Of a stretch of DNA of 64,000 bases, positions 12,201-44,589 are shown one piece after another. Numbering within the stretch: the first letter of the stretch is position 1; each line of letters starts with the position of its first letter. The stretch covers positions 37,264,001 to 37,328,000 of the forward strand of contig NW_024704742.1 in the NCBI RefSeq assembly GCF_018977255.1. The letters run 5' to 3'. Source of the stretch: Callorhinchus milii. Taxonomy: Eukaryota. Position numbers and translations under genes: made by a program. The notes below the pieces were generated by a model. It was given only the letters and a program-made list of their open reading frames with translations, searched no databases and was not told where the DNA came from.

Positions 12201-13712
12201 TTGGATATCTTCATGCTGCTCTTCTTTCCTCCTTGCCTCCGCCTCCCCACGCCCAAATTTACCTTCTCATAGATCCTCTTTCTTTTTTCCGCCATCTTTT
12301 GAATTTCAGGAATTTATCTCGGGAAATGCCCATGTTTGCACTGGGGCAACATTTCCATGCAGGGTTCCCTCAAACTGCACTATTATACTGTGGCCACAGG
12401 GAGGGCTGGTATCATCCAAGCTGTGAACGTATCTTTCCACAGCTGTTGTTTCAAACTTTAATTAATTTATGAAACAAATCTTTTGATTGACACACTCAGT
12501 ATTTCCTGACTTTTTATTTCTATTCTACAACAGTTTGACATTTCTTGGATTGTCCAGACTATGAGAAGCCAGAGGAATGGGATGATCCAGACTGAGGTAA
12601 GTTTTCTCTGCGTTTCTTCTCTTTTCAAGAACATAACCCCTTCCATGCAGGGCTGAAACAGCAATTTGCAGTTCAGAGTAATAATAATAATAATGCAGCT
12701 CAAGCTCTTACAAGTGGAATATATCAAATGTTTTTGCAAACAGTTGTGTGCAGCATTATTATATAGATCAGTTTACAGGAGACTGCACTTGGGTAAAATA
12801 TTCTCCATAGTTGTTGTGAAAAGATAACAATGATGACCTCATTGATAATAAATATATACGGACAGAAGTTGCAAAAGCTACAAGTGTTCTAATGTTTCAA
12901 AGATATTTTTTAAAAAAACTATAGAGATGACCGAGTGTTATGTGCTGCAGTTTTATTTTGGTCCTCCAACAAAAGAAAAATTGGAAATAGGCTGCGTATT
13001 TTCCTTGTTGAAATTTATTTTGGACAAATCCTGGTCACCAGTTTAAAAATATCTAATCCTGGTATTCGATATAGCTCCTTTCACGTTTGGAGGATATCTC
13101 AAAAGTTATTCACAGGATTTACTGAGTATTCTGGGGACCAATGCAGTAGCTAATTTGTACTCAGCAAAGTTCCATAAAGAGCAATGAAATGAAGGACCGA
13201 TTTGATTTTGGGGGGATTGTTGGCTGGACATCGGGAGAAACATCCTTCTCTTTTTTAATAATACCATTGGATATTTAATGTCCACAAGAACAGAAAGTTG
13301 TGGATTCAAGCCCTACATTGTGACTTTGTACTCACAGTCCAATCTGACACTCCAATATAGTGCTGGGGATGCACTGCATTACTGGAGGTGGCACCTTTCG
13401 GATGAGACTTTAAATCGAGGTCCCGTCTTCCTATTCAATCACTTGCAGTTACATAATATCCTTCATGTAGGATAACCCCTCCAAGCGTTTTACAAAGACA
13501 GGATTGGACACCAGGGAACACAGGGGAACCATTGGCTTCTATTAGAGGTTTCACTATAAGTAGCTCTACATTTTGTGCAATAATTATAATCTCTAAGATT
13601 TTGTGTTGTATTGTGTTATGTGCAGGCTCAGTATGTGTACTGCTATCAAGTTGTCCTATATATTCTCAAGCAACTTCAACTGAATGAGAAGAAAAAGGCA
13701 AAGGCACCATAA
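173..13712 (+). CDS. PTPN13: PTPN13 (PTP-BAS/FAP-1), 3' part: 10 coding exons ending in the tyrosine phosphatase domain; the 5' part lies outside the window
   Basis: Spliced peptide has [80 protein letters not shown] and MIQTEAQYVYCY, matching PTPN13 as I recall it. All introns are GT-AG with consistent phases. Confidence 0.95.
590..1640 (-). mobile_element. Highly decayed CR1-clade LINE fragment (RT/3' region)
   Basis: Remnants such as tactccaggtgcagcctaaccagagtactgtacag (antisense of an LYS.LVR..LEY-type motif); boundaries approximate. Confidence 0.6.
3931..4061 (+). CDS. PTPN13: PTPN13 exon: ...[18 protein letters not shown]
   Basis: gacag| acceptor, |gtaatc donor, 131 nt, phase 1-0. Confidence 0.88.
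4766..4866 (+). CDS. PTPN13: PTPN13 exon: [33 protein letters not shown]
   Basis: aagcag| tandem acceptor, |gtaata donor; phase 0-2 bridges the neighbouring exons; poorly conserved linker. Confidence 0.75.
5968..6071 (+). CDS. PTPN13: PTPN13 exon: ...[14 protein letters not shown]...
   Basis: gacag| acceptor, |gtaaaa donor, 104 nt, phase 2-1. Confidence 0.9.
6584..6732 (+). CDS. PTPN13: PTPN13 exon: ...[29 protein letters not shown]
   Basis: ttcag| acceptor, |gtaggt donor, 149 nt, phase 1-0. Confidence 0.92.
6862..7530 (+). mobile_element. L2-clade LINE 3' fragment with stem-loop and (TTG)n tail
   Basis: [16 protein letters not shown]...LQIIQNSA peptide; tail gggacgtcctcccgacgtgaaaagcgcc followed by ttgttgttg. 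Confidence 0.85.
7948..8038 (+). CDS. PTPN13: PTPN13 exon: [30 protein letters not shown] (pTyr-recognition loop)
   Basis: tttag| acceptor, |gtgagt donor, 91 nt; KNRY motif. Confidence 0.95.
8476..9265 (-). mobile_element. CR1-clade LINE 3' fragment, interrupted at 8687-8953
   Basis: gaaggccattcggcccatc 3'UTR-type motif and caccaccctttcaggtagtgcattcca; the element resumes after the insert. Confidence 0.7.
9529..9866 (+). CDS. PTPN13: PTPN13 PTP-domain exon (YVNAS, QGPL, DFWQM, KCQRYWP)
   Basis: gacag| acceptor, |gtatgt donor, 338 nt; lies within ORF 9510-9890. Confidence 0.96.
11021..11236 (+). CDS. PTPN13: PTPN13 catalytic exon (WPD loop, [11 protein letters not shown]-loop)
   Basis: tacag| acceptor, |gtaagt donor, 216 nt. 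Confidence 0.97.
12534..12596 (+). CDS. PTPN13: PTPN13 exon: [21 protein letters not shown] (Q-loop)
   Basis: aacag| acceptor, |gtaagt donor, 63 nt. Confidence 0.95.
13626..13712 (+). CDS. PTPN13: PTPN13 last coding exon: [28 protein letters not shown]
   Basis: tgcag| acceptor; TAA at 13710-13712. Confidence 0.94.
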   Translation, partial: AQYVYCYQVVLYILKQLQLNEKKKAKAP

Positions 13713-14374
13713 ATGTTTCTGTGGTACTACATAGAACGTTAGCTCCTTTTTGTAGGAGTATGGACTGTTACATTTCAATACTTATTCTAGTCTCTTCTCA
13801 CTAACGTATCTGCTTACTTAAAAATGGGCAAATATTTTGTATTCATTTTGACCACAAAGACAACATGAATGTGTCTATAGAAAGAACACCTTCTGGAGAG
13901 GAAAAAATAAATGTAAGAATTGATCAAGGCATTCTAAAGGAATTGTCAAAGCTGATTTTTTTTGTAGTTGCTCTGATCCACTAAGAGTTTTAAATGTAAA
14001 ATAACTGAATCAGTATGCCTTATGCAATTATTGAACTGTGGTAATATTTTAGAATTCATGACACTTTAGCTGTACCTGAAACAACTATTTTGGTAATGTT
14101 GACCTGTTATAAGTGTATTCAAGGCTGGATACTCCTTGTCAGAACTGTTGAATGCATTTTCCTTTATGATTATATGACTATCACTGTATATATGGTAAAA
14201 AACAGTATTGATTTTATGTCTTTCATATTTGGCAATGACCTGTGAGAGATTTTCTGTACAATATACAATTTTTAAAAGTCATTTTCATTTATAATATTTC
14301 TTGTACATATCTACATTTTAACAAATTTATCTGGATATATCTAAACATTATTTACTAAATATCCAAACAATGTA

Positions 14375-14420
14375 AATAAAAAGCGGAGATACCTGGGTAC
14401 AACACTTTGTGGAAAATAAA
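14375..14420 (+). promoter_or_regulatory. Candidate PTPN13 polyadenylation signals (AATAAA at 14375 and 14415)
   Basis: Two AATAAA at the end of an AT-rich, repeat-free stretch about 700 nt after the stop codon. Confidence 0.45.
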
Positions 14421-14873
14421 ATCTGTCATAGGCTTAGATGTGATGGAATTGTATTTACAAAAACAAATTGTTGTAGATCTGCTTTGCCTTTTCTGGCTAT
14501 CTTAATGTGTCTAACATGTTTGTGGTCGATATAAACATACTTATAGGGAGCACAATTTTCAAAGGGTAATTTCTAGCCACACCAAGAAGTATTTAATTAC
14601 TCAGATGTTAATCTGTTCCAGTCATTAATTATCAGGAGGGGTGATGGTTGAGGCCAGGAATCTGGACTCATTACAAAAAAAAAAGTTTGAAGCTGTAAGG
14701 GGGGATAGTAGCATAAATATTCTGGAAACATCAGATCAAATGAACCAAGGCCCTTCTTCATCCAAACCTCTCTTGTTTGATCTCCTGTGTGATCAGTTTG
14801 GAAATGTAGCCATTGGCTGGGGGTATTGAGGCCTCAAGCAGACTATATACATGTTTGTCTTTGAAATGAAGGA

Positions 14874-16380
14874 AACAACAACAACTTACATTTGTATAGT
14901 GCCTTTCATGTTGGGAGGATGTCCTAAGGCGCAGGACAATCAGGGATTTGGACCCAAGCAAGGGGTTGAATCGGGAAGGAGGAAGGTCAGGTGTAAGAGA
15001 ATGACCAAAGTCACGGTCGAAAATGAAGATATTGAAGCATGCCTTGAAGGAAGCAAGGAAGGGAGCGGGGCAAAGGGCCTGTGGGATGGGATTCCAAGGG
15101 GTGGGGGCAGAGAGGTGGAAAGCCCAACCGCCAATGATGGGGTGAGGCGGGCGGGGAAGTGTAGCAGGCCAGAACCTGCTGAGTGATGAGAACGGACAGT
15201 TCGATGTGGAGTTAGCAGGTCACAGCGGTAAGGCCGTTGAGGGATTTGAAGTCAAGGACAAGATTTTGAACTCTATCCTCTGGGGGATGTGTAGCCGGGC
15301 GAGGGTGGGGGTAATAGGATCACAGAGTTTGGTGCGGGAGAGGACATGAGCTGCAGAGATCTGGATGATCTGCAGTTTGTGGAGGGAAGAGTTGAGATGA
15401 CCAGCAGGTAGTCGAGCAAAGATGTATTGAATGCTTGGATGCAAGTTTTGGCGGCCCGAGGGGAGAGTCTGTAGCGGAGTTGGGAAATGTTGCAGAGGTG
15501 GGGGAAGGCACAGCGGGTCATAATAATAATAATAATCCTTGCATTTGATATAGCGCTTTTCACGTCTTCTTGACGTCTCAAAGCGTTTCACAGAATATGC
15601 TGTAAAGTGAATTGACCGTATATTTGTGGGTGAAACGTGGCAGCCAATTGCACACAGCAGTGTTCCACAAACAGTGGTGGATTGAAAATGACCAATTTAT
15701 TATTGTTTTGGAGAGATTATTATTAGGCGTGTAGAGTAAGGAAACATCCCCAAGGTTTCATCCTGCCTGGAATTGAACCCATAGCATGGATGTGGGGGAA
15801 AAAGGACAATTGAGGGTTGAACAAGGCACCCAGGTTCCTGACTGGCTTGGTGAGGTGGATTGTGCATCCGTAGATGCTGATGCTGCCAGTGCCTGAGGTG
15901 CAGAGGCACTGGCGGGAGGCAACCAGGAGAGCCTCGGTCTTGCCGACATTCAGCTGTAGATAGTTGGCTCTCATCCAGGACTTGAAGTCAGACAGACAAG
16001 TCAGGATGTCAGTTGTCGTGGAACGGAGGGTGGAGGTAGAGAGGTTCCAGATTGGCTCAATGAACGAGAGCCTCAGTCTTATTGACATTCAGCTGAAGAA
16101 AATTAGCTCTCATCCAAGACTTGATGTCTGACAGACATTCCCTGGTCTTGGAGTCGAGGGTGGAGACAGAGAGATAGAGTTGGGTGTCATCGCATAGATG
16201 TCTGCAGATGATGTCACCAAGAGGGAGCATGTAGATGTTGAAGAGGAGACCCAAGGACAGAGCCCTAAGGTGCGGGGCTGGAGGAGAAGCCATTCATGGC
16301 AACAAAGTGGAGTCGGTGCAAAAGGTAAGATTTGAACCAGTTAAAGTCAAGATCGTGAAGGCTGAGATGGCGGAAAAGGA
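14874..16380 (-). mobile_element. L2-clade LINE fragments (two overlapping copies) carrying a nested SINE
   Basis: DDTQLY, SWMRANFLQLN, VRNLGA and RIEFKIL peptides on the minus strand; (CAA)n tail at about 14874. Confidence 0.85.
15521..15780 (-). mobile_element. 5'-truncated tRNA-derived SINE inserted into L2
   Basis: Same body and (ATT)n tail as the full-length copies; begins at the B box. Confidence 0.85.
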
Positions 16381-16939
16381 TAAAATGATAGAAAAACAAT
16401 GGTTTTGCAGATGAGAAAGCTTGTTGACCTGCAAATACCCAATGAGTGAGGTAAGGAGTTCCTGGTGGTGATTTTTTTTGACCCATTATGCTCAAGGTGA
16501 AGTATATTAAAATAGTACTTCTGGGTGATTTCATTATTCGCTTTAAATTAGGACAGTTTCATTTTACGTGAACCCCAAATAAAATATATTTTTTGAATAG
16601 GAATAAAGTAAATTTACTTCAGTAAAAATCTGACAAGGAAACAAATATTCAAAAATATGTTTATGTATTACATTGGTACAATGTCATATTTACACAGCAG
16701 CTGATCTTGCAACAATAATTCCCTGGTTATTCACCTCACAATCTAGATCTACTAATGTTCAGTAAAAACAGCTACTATGTAGAATCCCTTCTGACCATCA
16801 ACAACTTTGAATTTCATAATACAAAATATTCTTTCACTTTCATGTACATAATAAAGGTAGACTTTCACACTTAAAAAGCAATTAAATACTATTCACTCTT
16901 TCATGTTGACATTATTGGCATGCCCTATCCTGTTGTTAT

Positions 16940-16945
<6 letters not shown>

Positions 16946-16973
<28 letters not shown>
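16946..16973. repeat. (TA)n microsatellite
   Basis: Uninterrupted TA run. Confidence 0.95.
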
Positions 16974-16976
<3 letters not shown>

Positions 16977-18856
16977 TTGTGTTGCCCCCAAGCTGACTTG
17001 CTGAACTGAATTGGTGGTCCTCCTTTGCTGGGAGGAGAGAGATGGAGCTCTTAAAATGTTGGTATTGATATCAAATCAAAGTCAACACTGCACTATCACA
17101 GACAAAGAAAAACAAAATAGATGCTGGAAATTTGAAATAAAAACCATTTGTTCCAAATATAGAGGAAGTTGATTAGCACTTGAAAGGAGAAAGAAAAGTT
17201 AGCGTCTTGGGTATGACCCTTGAGGCCTCTGACATTAACCTAGCTTTCTCTCCCAGTACAGGAGGGTGTCAGCTCCATGATACACTCTTGGTCCTCACAA
17301 TTTACTCTCAGGCCAATTTGAACATTTGCTGCTACCTGAGATTCCTGATTGGTTATTTGCTCAGCGTCCATCTCACTCAGAGTGGAAACCAAACAAGTAA
17401 TATTTTTTATATGTAACAATTCAACAACCATTATTAACCCATTTATTTTATTCTCTTGTTTTTCAAGTAACATTTCTAATTTGATTTCTAATTTATGATT
17501 TAACTTTCAATCTAAAATGACTCGGACTTCTGAGCACAGTGTCTCTTATCCTTCCTCTTCTCTATATCTGTCTTTTTCTTTCTGGTTTAATTTTTCTGCT
17601 GATCGTGTTTGCCCTCTTGGCTATTCTCTCTTTCCTTCACCTTGGAAAGCTTACAGTCCCTATAGCATCAGAAACTGTCAGCTGTACCAAAGGTTTAACC
17701 TTGTATTAATACGGCAGGTACAATTTTCCTTTCTGTAACACTGTTTGCCAGCAGGCTATGAACATGACCACTCTAATGGTTTCCCAAATTACACTCAAGA
17801 GGAAAAACTCTTCCCCAACAATTACATGGATCAGAATTTCCTCTCTCTGGCAAAAAAACGTGAGGGCTTTGCAGGAGAAAGGAGGTGCTTCACTGTTGTG
17901 TAATTGAGAAAGGAGAGTACCCTGAGATATCCTCAAAGGGGAGAGCATGCATAAATCAACCAGAAGTTCCATGAGGGGTTACAGGTAAAATTAAATAGGC
18001 TTGTTTAAATTCAGAGCCATTTTAAAAACACAGGGTACGTTTTCACTAAGGAGTGGTTCAGACTTGCAATACCAAGACTCAATTAACTGACTAAAGCTTT
18101 GCCCTCCTCAGCCAATATGCACAACAATCTTTTGTTTGTCTTTATCCACTTCCTGCCTTCAAGACAGTGATTCACATTAGGGTGCAGTTCACAGTTGCTG
18201 GCAACCCTCCAATACCACATTTAAGTCATCATTCTTCATGGGTGAGCCCAGACACTGATAATTATCTGGCTATATTATCCCATAAGCCATCATAGTTTCA
18301 TGGTTCTTATTTGAGATGCGCACACATGCACTTTCCAGCGCTGGTTATTGTACAACACCTGGGATCAAACCTGGGCATTTTCTTCACATTGTGTAGTTAA
18401 ATATTTTTTTCAAACTGGGGAAGAATTGCAAAATTATTGTAGTAATAATTTGAAATACTCCAGTTGTTGCAATCTTAGTATATTGATGTTTTCTAAACAA
18501 TCTATTGGCACACACCTAAAACTGATACCTTAGAACTAAGGAGGGCTTCATTTATTTTTTAAACAAAAATGCTGGATGGGCAGCAGATCTCTATGATCAA
18601 ATGGCTACAAAAATGGAATTTTACTTTCAAGGTTTAGAGCATTGAAACCTCGCAGATCAATCTTGCAATTGACTCCTGCACAGCTAGTATAGTGCAGATC
18701 AATTATACATGTAACTTTATGCATTTTATCATGTCATACTATTTGCAAACATGACGAATACAGCCAAAGGTTTAGTCTAATAATTTTATCATGCACTGTA
18801 CAGTATAGTTTTATAGTTACAGAAAAGGTATCTATTAAGTCTCTGTTGTCCAAATA

Positions 18857-38208
<19,352 letters not shown>

Positions 38209-38639
38209 CTTATAGAAGAAAAATACAATCAGCAATAACAATGAATGGTGGAAATTTGTGATGGAAAAGAACTCTAATTTCTCCCAGTATCCTGGCCAAC
38301 AATCCCCCTGATAAAATTGGCCGTTCACTTCACAGTTGTTTGTGGGAAAATGCTGTGCGCAAATTGGCTACCGCATTCGCCCACAAATTGCACAGTACGC
38401 TTGACAGTTACCTTCGTCCTCTTAACATGAAAGGTACAACACAACATCCAAGGATTAGTTACTGAGCAGCTATCAAAATGTTTAGAATTACATTTGACTC
38501 TTTTGGATAAGACATCAATCTGAGGACCCATCTGCCTGTTTACATAGACCTTAAAGATTTCATAGCACTATTCAATAAGAGAAGGGAGTCTAACCTTGTT
38601 CAAGGTTAAATTTGGTTTGATCCAGCTATAGGATAATTT

Positions 38640-39780
38640 TCTTTAAATACAAGCCACCAATATCCATGGTCACCTCCTCGATCTAGTCATTACAGAAAGT
38701 TTTCTGACATTTCTGAGCTCACTATTTCTGAGAAGCCATTTCTGATGACTTCTTCAACACTCACACTTCCAACATCCACCTCCCCTCCACTAAACCCTTC
38801 TCCTTTTGCTACTGCAGAAAACTCCCCCGACATCCTCTCACATGCACTCTCACCCTTTAAACTTCTCACCCTCTGCCTCTCCACCAGTCCTGACCTTGAT
38901 GCCACCACCAAGCTGCTTGATAGCTATCTCTCTACCTCCCCCCTCTCTCCCGAAATTTAGAAGTACCTCCTACCCTAGCTGTTTCCTCTGGTACACCGGC
39001 CACCTATACTTCTTGAAATCACAACATCATGATTTGAGATTATTGAGATTGTGAATATAGGTGACATAAAATCAGCCTCAAGACTACTGCCAAATGAGGT
39101 CTGACCACATCAAAAATCAACACCTCTCCTTCTCCAATATGAAAATCTCTTTCTATTTCAAAGTCACCCTGGATGCTAAAGACAACCTCAAACTATTTTT
39201 TTCCATTACTAATCGCCTCCTCCTTCTTTCCACTGAAGCCTTGCCATTCTCACCTCCAATTCCAAATATGAGAAGGTTATGAACTGCTTTGTGACCAGAA
39301 TCGACAAAAAAAATCTGTCTGCATCTTCCTTCTCCCCCATTCCTCCATTCCTTCCTCCCCAGGCCCCTTCCACTGCACCAACCCTGTGCCCTTTCTCCTC
39401 CATTTCTCCTTTGTCTCTCTCCACCTTTATCCCCAACACGAAACCCACCATTTGTTCCCTTGACCCCCTTCTCATCCAGTGTTTGGCTGGATTGCCTCTC
39501 CTCTGTCCCTTGCTTGTGGATGTACTCAACTTTTTCTATCTATCGACTCTATCCTCAATCCACTCATTTTTATCATCTACATGTTCCTCCTTGGCACCTA
39601 GAATTTTGTACAAACATAGAGTTAGTCTTCAGATGTTCACTGATAACATGCAAATTCACCTCATTGATTCTACCCTTGATTCCAGGACCACTGATATTCT
39701 GACCCCCTGTCTGTCAAACATCAACTCCTAAACTTTGTTCAGCTAAACACTGACAAGACAGAATCTATCCTCCTCTGCTC
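38640..39780 (+). mobile_element. Old, decayed L2-like ORF2 fragment
   Basis: KPTICSLDPL, DAKDNLKLFF and MFTDNMQI (degenerate YADD) peptides. Confidence 0.65.
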
Positions 39781-40916
39781 CTTCCCCATCCCTTGCTCAG
39801 TGTCCAGCACTGCCTATGTAAACAATCTCTATGATTTACTCCACAGGAAGTGTGCTATATAATTGAACGTTATTGTTGTAGTTAGTTCATTTTCATCTAG
39901 AAATATAATATTTAACTTACTGTGGGTGAAACCTTTTTTGTGGGTTGTTGTGTCATATCCATTCACATACATTGCTCCAATGCAGATCAATGCTACAGAC
40001 CATCTCAGATTAAGGAACATGCTGTTTGATCTAGCGTCACAGTTCTGGAGTGGTCAGTCTCACAAAAGCTCAGCTTCCCAATGTGACCAGGCATGAGGAA
40101 AATGATGTATTGCTTCCCTCAGAGGTGCGGATACAGGTTTTTTGTATACCTTTCGGCATCATCAGTTATCTGTCAAAAAAATGTTCAATTGATTTTAAAG
40201 GCACAAAATGATTCAATGTATCATGTTCCAGTTGTGCACAAATTGACTGCCATGTTCATACATTATACACTAACTACGTTTGACAGAAGTTACTTGTGAA
40301 ATGCTTTGAAGCTCTTCAGCATTTATGAGTACTATAATAAATGCAAGGATTATCATGTTGCAAGAGGAGATAATGCAGAGACATAGAAATGGAAGGAAAT
40401 CCAGACCTAGAATCTGAGCATGGCTGAGCGTGGTTCAGTGAAACCAAACAAACTCTGCCTGGCTCTCACATGGAAAGTAATAGCTGGGAAGTGAACCACA
40501 CATGTAGTTTACTATTAGGAGCGGTACCAGGGTACATATAGTGCTTAGTAACTGGCTCAGATGCATCTTGGATTTTGCTCATATTTCATGGAAAACATAT
40601 CACTCATAATCAATAGTAAATTATAAATTGAGTTTGATACTAAACCTGAAGTACTTATTGTTGTTATTGTTGTTGCAATTAGCATTGGTTAAGCATTTTG
40701 AGGCTATTCGAAATGATAACACTGTAAAAATGTAATTTTATTCATTCTGTAGCAAATGGCATCCATTGGAATCAAATTTACCTATAATTCACAGTCACTA
40801 CATTTACAATGAATCTTGTGAACCGAGATCCCATCTGCCTTTTCAGGTGGACGTTAACGATCCCACTATTCGAAAAGAGAAGGGAGTTGGGACACCAGAA
40901 GGGTGTCCTGTCCTGT

Positions 40917-41205
40917 GGAGTCTTGTAGCTCAGTGGTTAAAGCACTCGCCTCTCAAGCGAGAGACCTGAGTTCAATTCCCAGCAGGGCGAAACCTTGGGC
41001 AAGTTTCCTTACTTCACACACCTGGTAATAATCCCTCAAGAAAAAAAATAATAAATTGGTCGCTTCATCCACTACTGTTTGTGGGACACTGCTGTGTACA
41101 ATTTGGCTGCCGCATTTCACCCACAAATATACAGTCAATTCACTTTGCAGTACATTCTGTGAAGCTCTTTGAGACGTCTATATCAAATGCAAGGATTATT
41201 ATTAT
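40917..41205 (+). mobile_element. tRNA-derived SINE copy, adjoining a Deu-core fragment
   Basis: ggagtcttgtagctcagtgg head; gcaaggattattatt tail. Confidence 0.9.
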
Positions 41206-41958
41206 ATAACGCCCCAAATAAAATTGTTTCATTCATTTCATGTCTGTTTGTAGGAAATTGCTGTGTGCAATTGGGCTGTTGCATTTGCCTACAAATACAC
41301 AGTCACTTAATTTCACAGTAAATCCTGTGAGGCGTTTTGAGATGTCTTTACAATGTGGTAAGGGAATGTAACAAATGCAAGGATTATGCAATGCCTCTAG
41401 TGCCTGGGCCTTGGTCACCTTTATTATGCAGTACTCTAGGTGCAGCCTGAGCAGAGCACTACATAGATTTTGTGTGACTTCTGCGAGACTGAATTCAGCA
41501 GCAACATTTACAATTGCTCGTGGAATTAAAGGTGTTTTATTCCATCCTGCTGCTGAAGTAACATTGTTCACAGGCTAAATGTTCTCCACAATGCTACAGC
41601 ACAATTAATCACATTTGTGTTCTCTGCATCACTCCAGCAACTAAAGTGGAGTTTATGTTTCCTTGCCTGACTGCACTCACAGTAAGAATCTAGTGTTGCA
41701 TATGTACAAGGCTCAGTAATAGATGAAATAGACGGAATCGGTGCTTATTTATTCTGCTGGAAATAGCAATCCCAACATTGGCTTCAAAATGCACCACACA
41801 TAAAAAAGCAGCTAAAAAAATCTCTTCCTATCTGCTGATTTTGATAAACTTCCATGGACTGGGAACAATGGGGGTTAGACCTGTCACACACTCTGAATTG
41901 TTTCCTTGACCAGTGAAAGAAGTAATTCTAAAAATTCCTTGGCTTACGTTGAAAGAAC

Positions 41959-42275
41959 ATAATAATAATAATAATCCTTGCATTTAACACAGTGCTTTTC
42001 ATGTCTTCTAGACGTCTCAAAGCGCTTCACAGAATATGCTGTAAAATGAATAGACTGTATATTTGTGGGCGAAACGCGACAACCAATTGCACAAAGCAGT
42101 GTCCCACAAACAGTCGGGGATTGAAAATGACCAATTTATTATTGTTTTGTTTTGGAGGAATCATTATTAGGCGTGTGAAGTAAGGAAACTTGCCCAAGGT
42201 TTTACCCTGCCTGGAATTGAACCCAGGTGTGTCGCTTGCAAGGCGAGTGCTCTAACCACTGAGCTACAGGACTCC
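41959..42275 (-). mobile_element. Full-length tRNA-derived SINE
   Basis: Same family; tail-loop variant. Confidence 0.9.
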
Positions 42276-43654
42276 ACAAATGTACTAGCAATACATTTTG
42301 AGTCAGAAAAACAAGTACACTAGATTGAAGTTGAAGCTAGCATGGCTATTCTGTTGGACAATAACGCCAATGAATTAATAATGAAAGGAAAAAATAAATA
42401 AATTGAGACCATGTGGTCATTTTTGTAGAAATATGGATACTGATCCATCTTCTCTTGGTATGGTCATCTTTTCTGTTTTGAATACCCTAAAGAAACTGAA
42501 GCTCAAAATTTTCCACAATCTCAGCCTTCAGACTGTCATTGTCTTAACATTTAAAATAGTCAATCATTTTGGAAAGTCTTAAGTTTAATAATTTGGAAGC
42601 TGGGTTCTCACATTTCCTAAAAAGAACTTCAGAAGAATGGCCTCCAAATTAAACTTAAATTTAGGAATGTTTCAAATTTCTGTAGAATTGTACGTTTTAA
42701 GCCAATGTTCTTAAGGCCAAGAACATTTGAGCCTCACGTAGATGATTTGGATTTATATACAGCTATAACATTGTATTTTATCATTACTAAGGTCTTTGTT
42801 AATCCCGTTCCTTGGCTGAGCTCTCATTTGTGGGGGGCAGTAGTGGGGTGGGGGCTAGAGCATGAGTGTGATTCATCCATCTACCCCCAAAACACACACA
42901 CATACACACAGCCAATTGATCTGCATCATTATCTTCATTCAGCACGTGAAAACATGGGGAATCACAAATCTGGGACCATTCACACTCACCCCTCATTGCC
43001 GTAGCGCATTAGAGTACCAGCCATGCAGAGCATCATATATATGTCCTCTTCTGCATTGAAAAAACTTCCCCAACAGGTAGAGACCAAAGATTTTAATTCA
43101 ACGAGAAAACAACTGTGAGAACAACGGTAAAGTTATAACGAGCAAAGCAATTTCTTTGCAATTCTGATCACTCCTATCCCATTCTTAGATTGTTACACTT
43201 ACAACACCGACAATGCTTGTTTAAAGCCACAAGAACTCCAGGTAGCTCCTGCACTTAGCCTTGTGTTGTGTTCCTCTTGTTGACCTTCATCCTGCAGGAC
43301 CAGCAGCACAAACCATTGCTACAATCCACTGCAGCTCAAGAGTCTTTGCTGAATAACGCCCTCTTGTGAAGTCACAGCAGCGCCTCAGATGTCAAGTCTT
43401 CCTTGTGAAGTCACAATGTGACCTGACAGCTTGCAGGAGCGATGTAGCCACGTACAGAGTCACTGTGCACCCCACTAAGTCTCCGCAGCACAAAGAGACA
43501 GGGAAAAATGTACCAGGATTGCTAACCCAGTGATGGCTGCTGGCACATATGTGTGTGTGTGTATGTGTTTTGGATAGCTTATTTGTGAGACCTCTCAAAA
43601 AAGTCCTTCTCCCTACAGTCAAATATCCTACCAGCACTCACTGTCCAAGCTTAC

Positions 43655-43694
43655 ATTTGGATGAGGTATCAGCACCCGTGTGGAAGTGTAGCAT
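43655..43694 (-). CDS. Candidate first coding exon of the TMEM144-like gene: MLHFHTGADTSSK
   Basis: Pyrimidine tract and aag| directly before ATG (43694). Donor |gtaagc gives phase 1 and an alternative |gtgagt (exon end 43642) gives phase 2; each fits one of the two acceptors of the next exon. No homology support. Confidence 0.4.
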
Positions 43695-44589
43695 CTTTCG
43701 AAGAAAAGGGAAAAAGAAGCATGTGTAGCAAAGCTGCAAGTCTGACAACACGAATCTCTACAAAACGTGCTGACCTGCTTTTTCTCAAATTAGCCTCTGT
43801 TGATATTCCAGGTTTCAGGCTTGACCCAGCAGAACATTACCTTTGTTTGACTGGCTCAGTCTGTGTCTCACCTTGTCCTAAAAATGTCTGGTTGTTATTC
43901 TTTCACCTTCACTCCTTCCCCCAGGCTATCCATTTGGTCGCATTCAAAAATTAATACATTTTCCCGTCTGGAAGACGTGAAAAGCGCTGTATCAAATGCA
44001 AGGATTATTATTATCATTAAACTCCTTGACATTAGATTTGATAACAGTTTTTCTATGACCTTTGCTAAACCAGCTCTCCCGACCCCTCATTCCAAAATCA
44101 GTCAGGTGATTGTAATGGAAATGTTAGACACAGTTTATCACAGGTCATGGACAGAGCCTGTAAACCTTAGTAGCTGGAGTAGAGGCTTCCCGTAGGTGGC
44201 TTTCCAGAATGTTATCACTACATAAACTGTTTCCTTTTTGTCCTTCAAGAACTCGATTCTAAGGAGGAAGCATCTGCTCTGTTTCTAAAAACTGATAATA
44301 AATAAATAACTTATTATAATACAATAATAATGAAACAATTGGCAACCACGTTTCTCTCACAAAATATACAGTCAATTCACTTTACAGTATATTCTGTGAA
44401 ACCCTTTGAGACATCTTGAAGACGTGATAAGGCACTATATCAAATTCAAAGATTATTATTATCATCTATGGAAAAGAAGTGTCTGGGTTCCTGATACAAT
44501 GGGATGTAATCTGAAAGTGAGGGCAATGCTGGGATGTGGACAAAATAACCTAGTCTGTTTTGTCAGGAATACTATTCATTCCTTGCATT

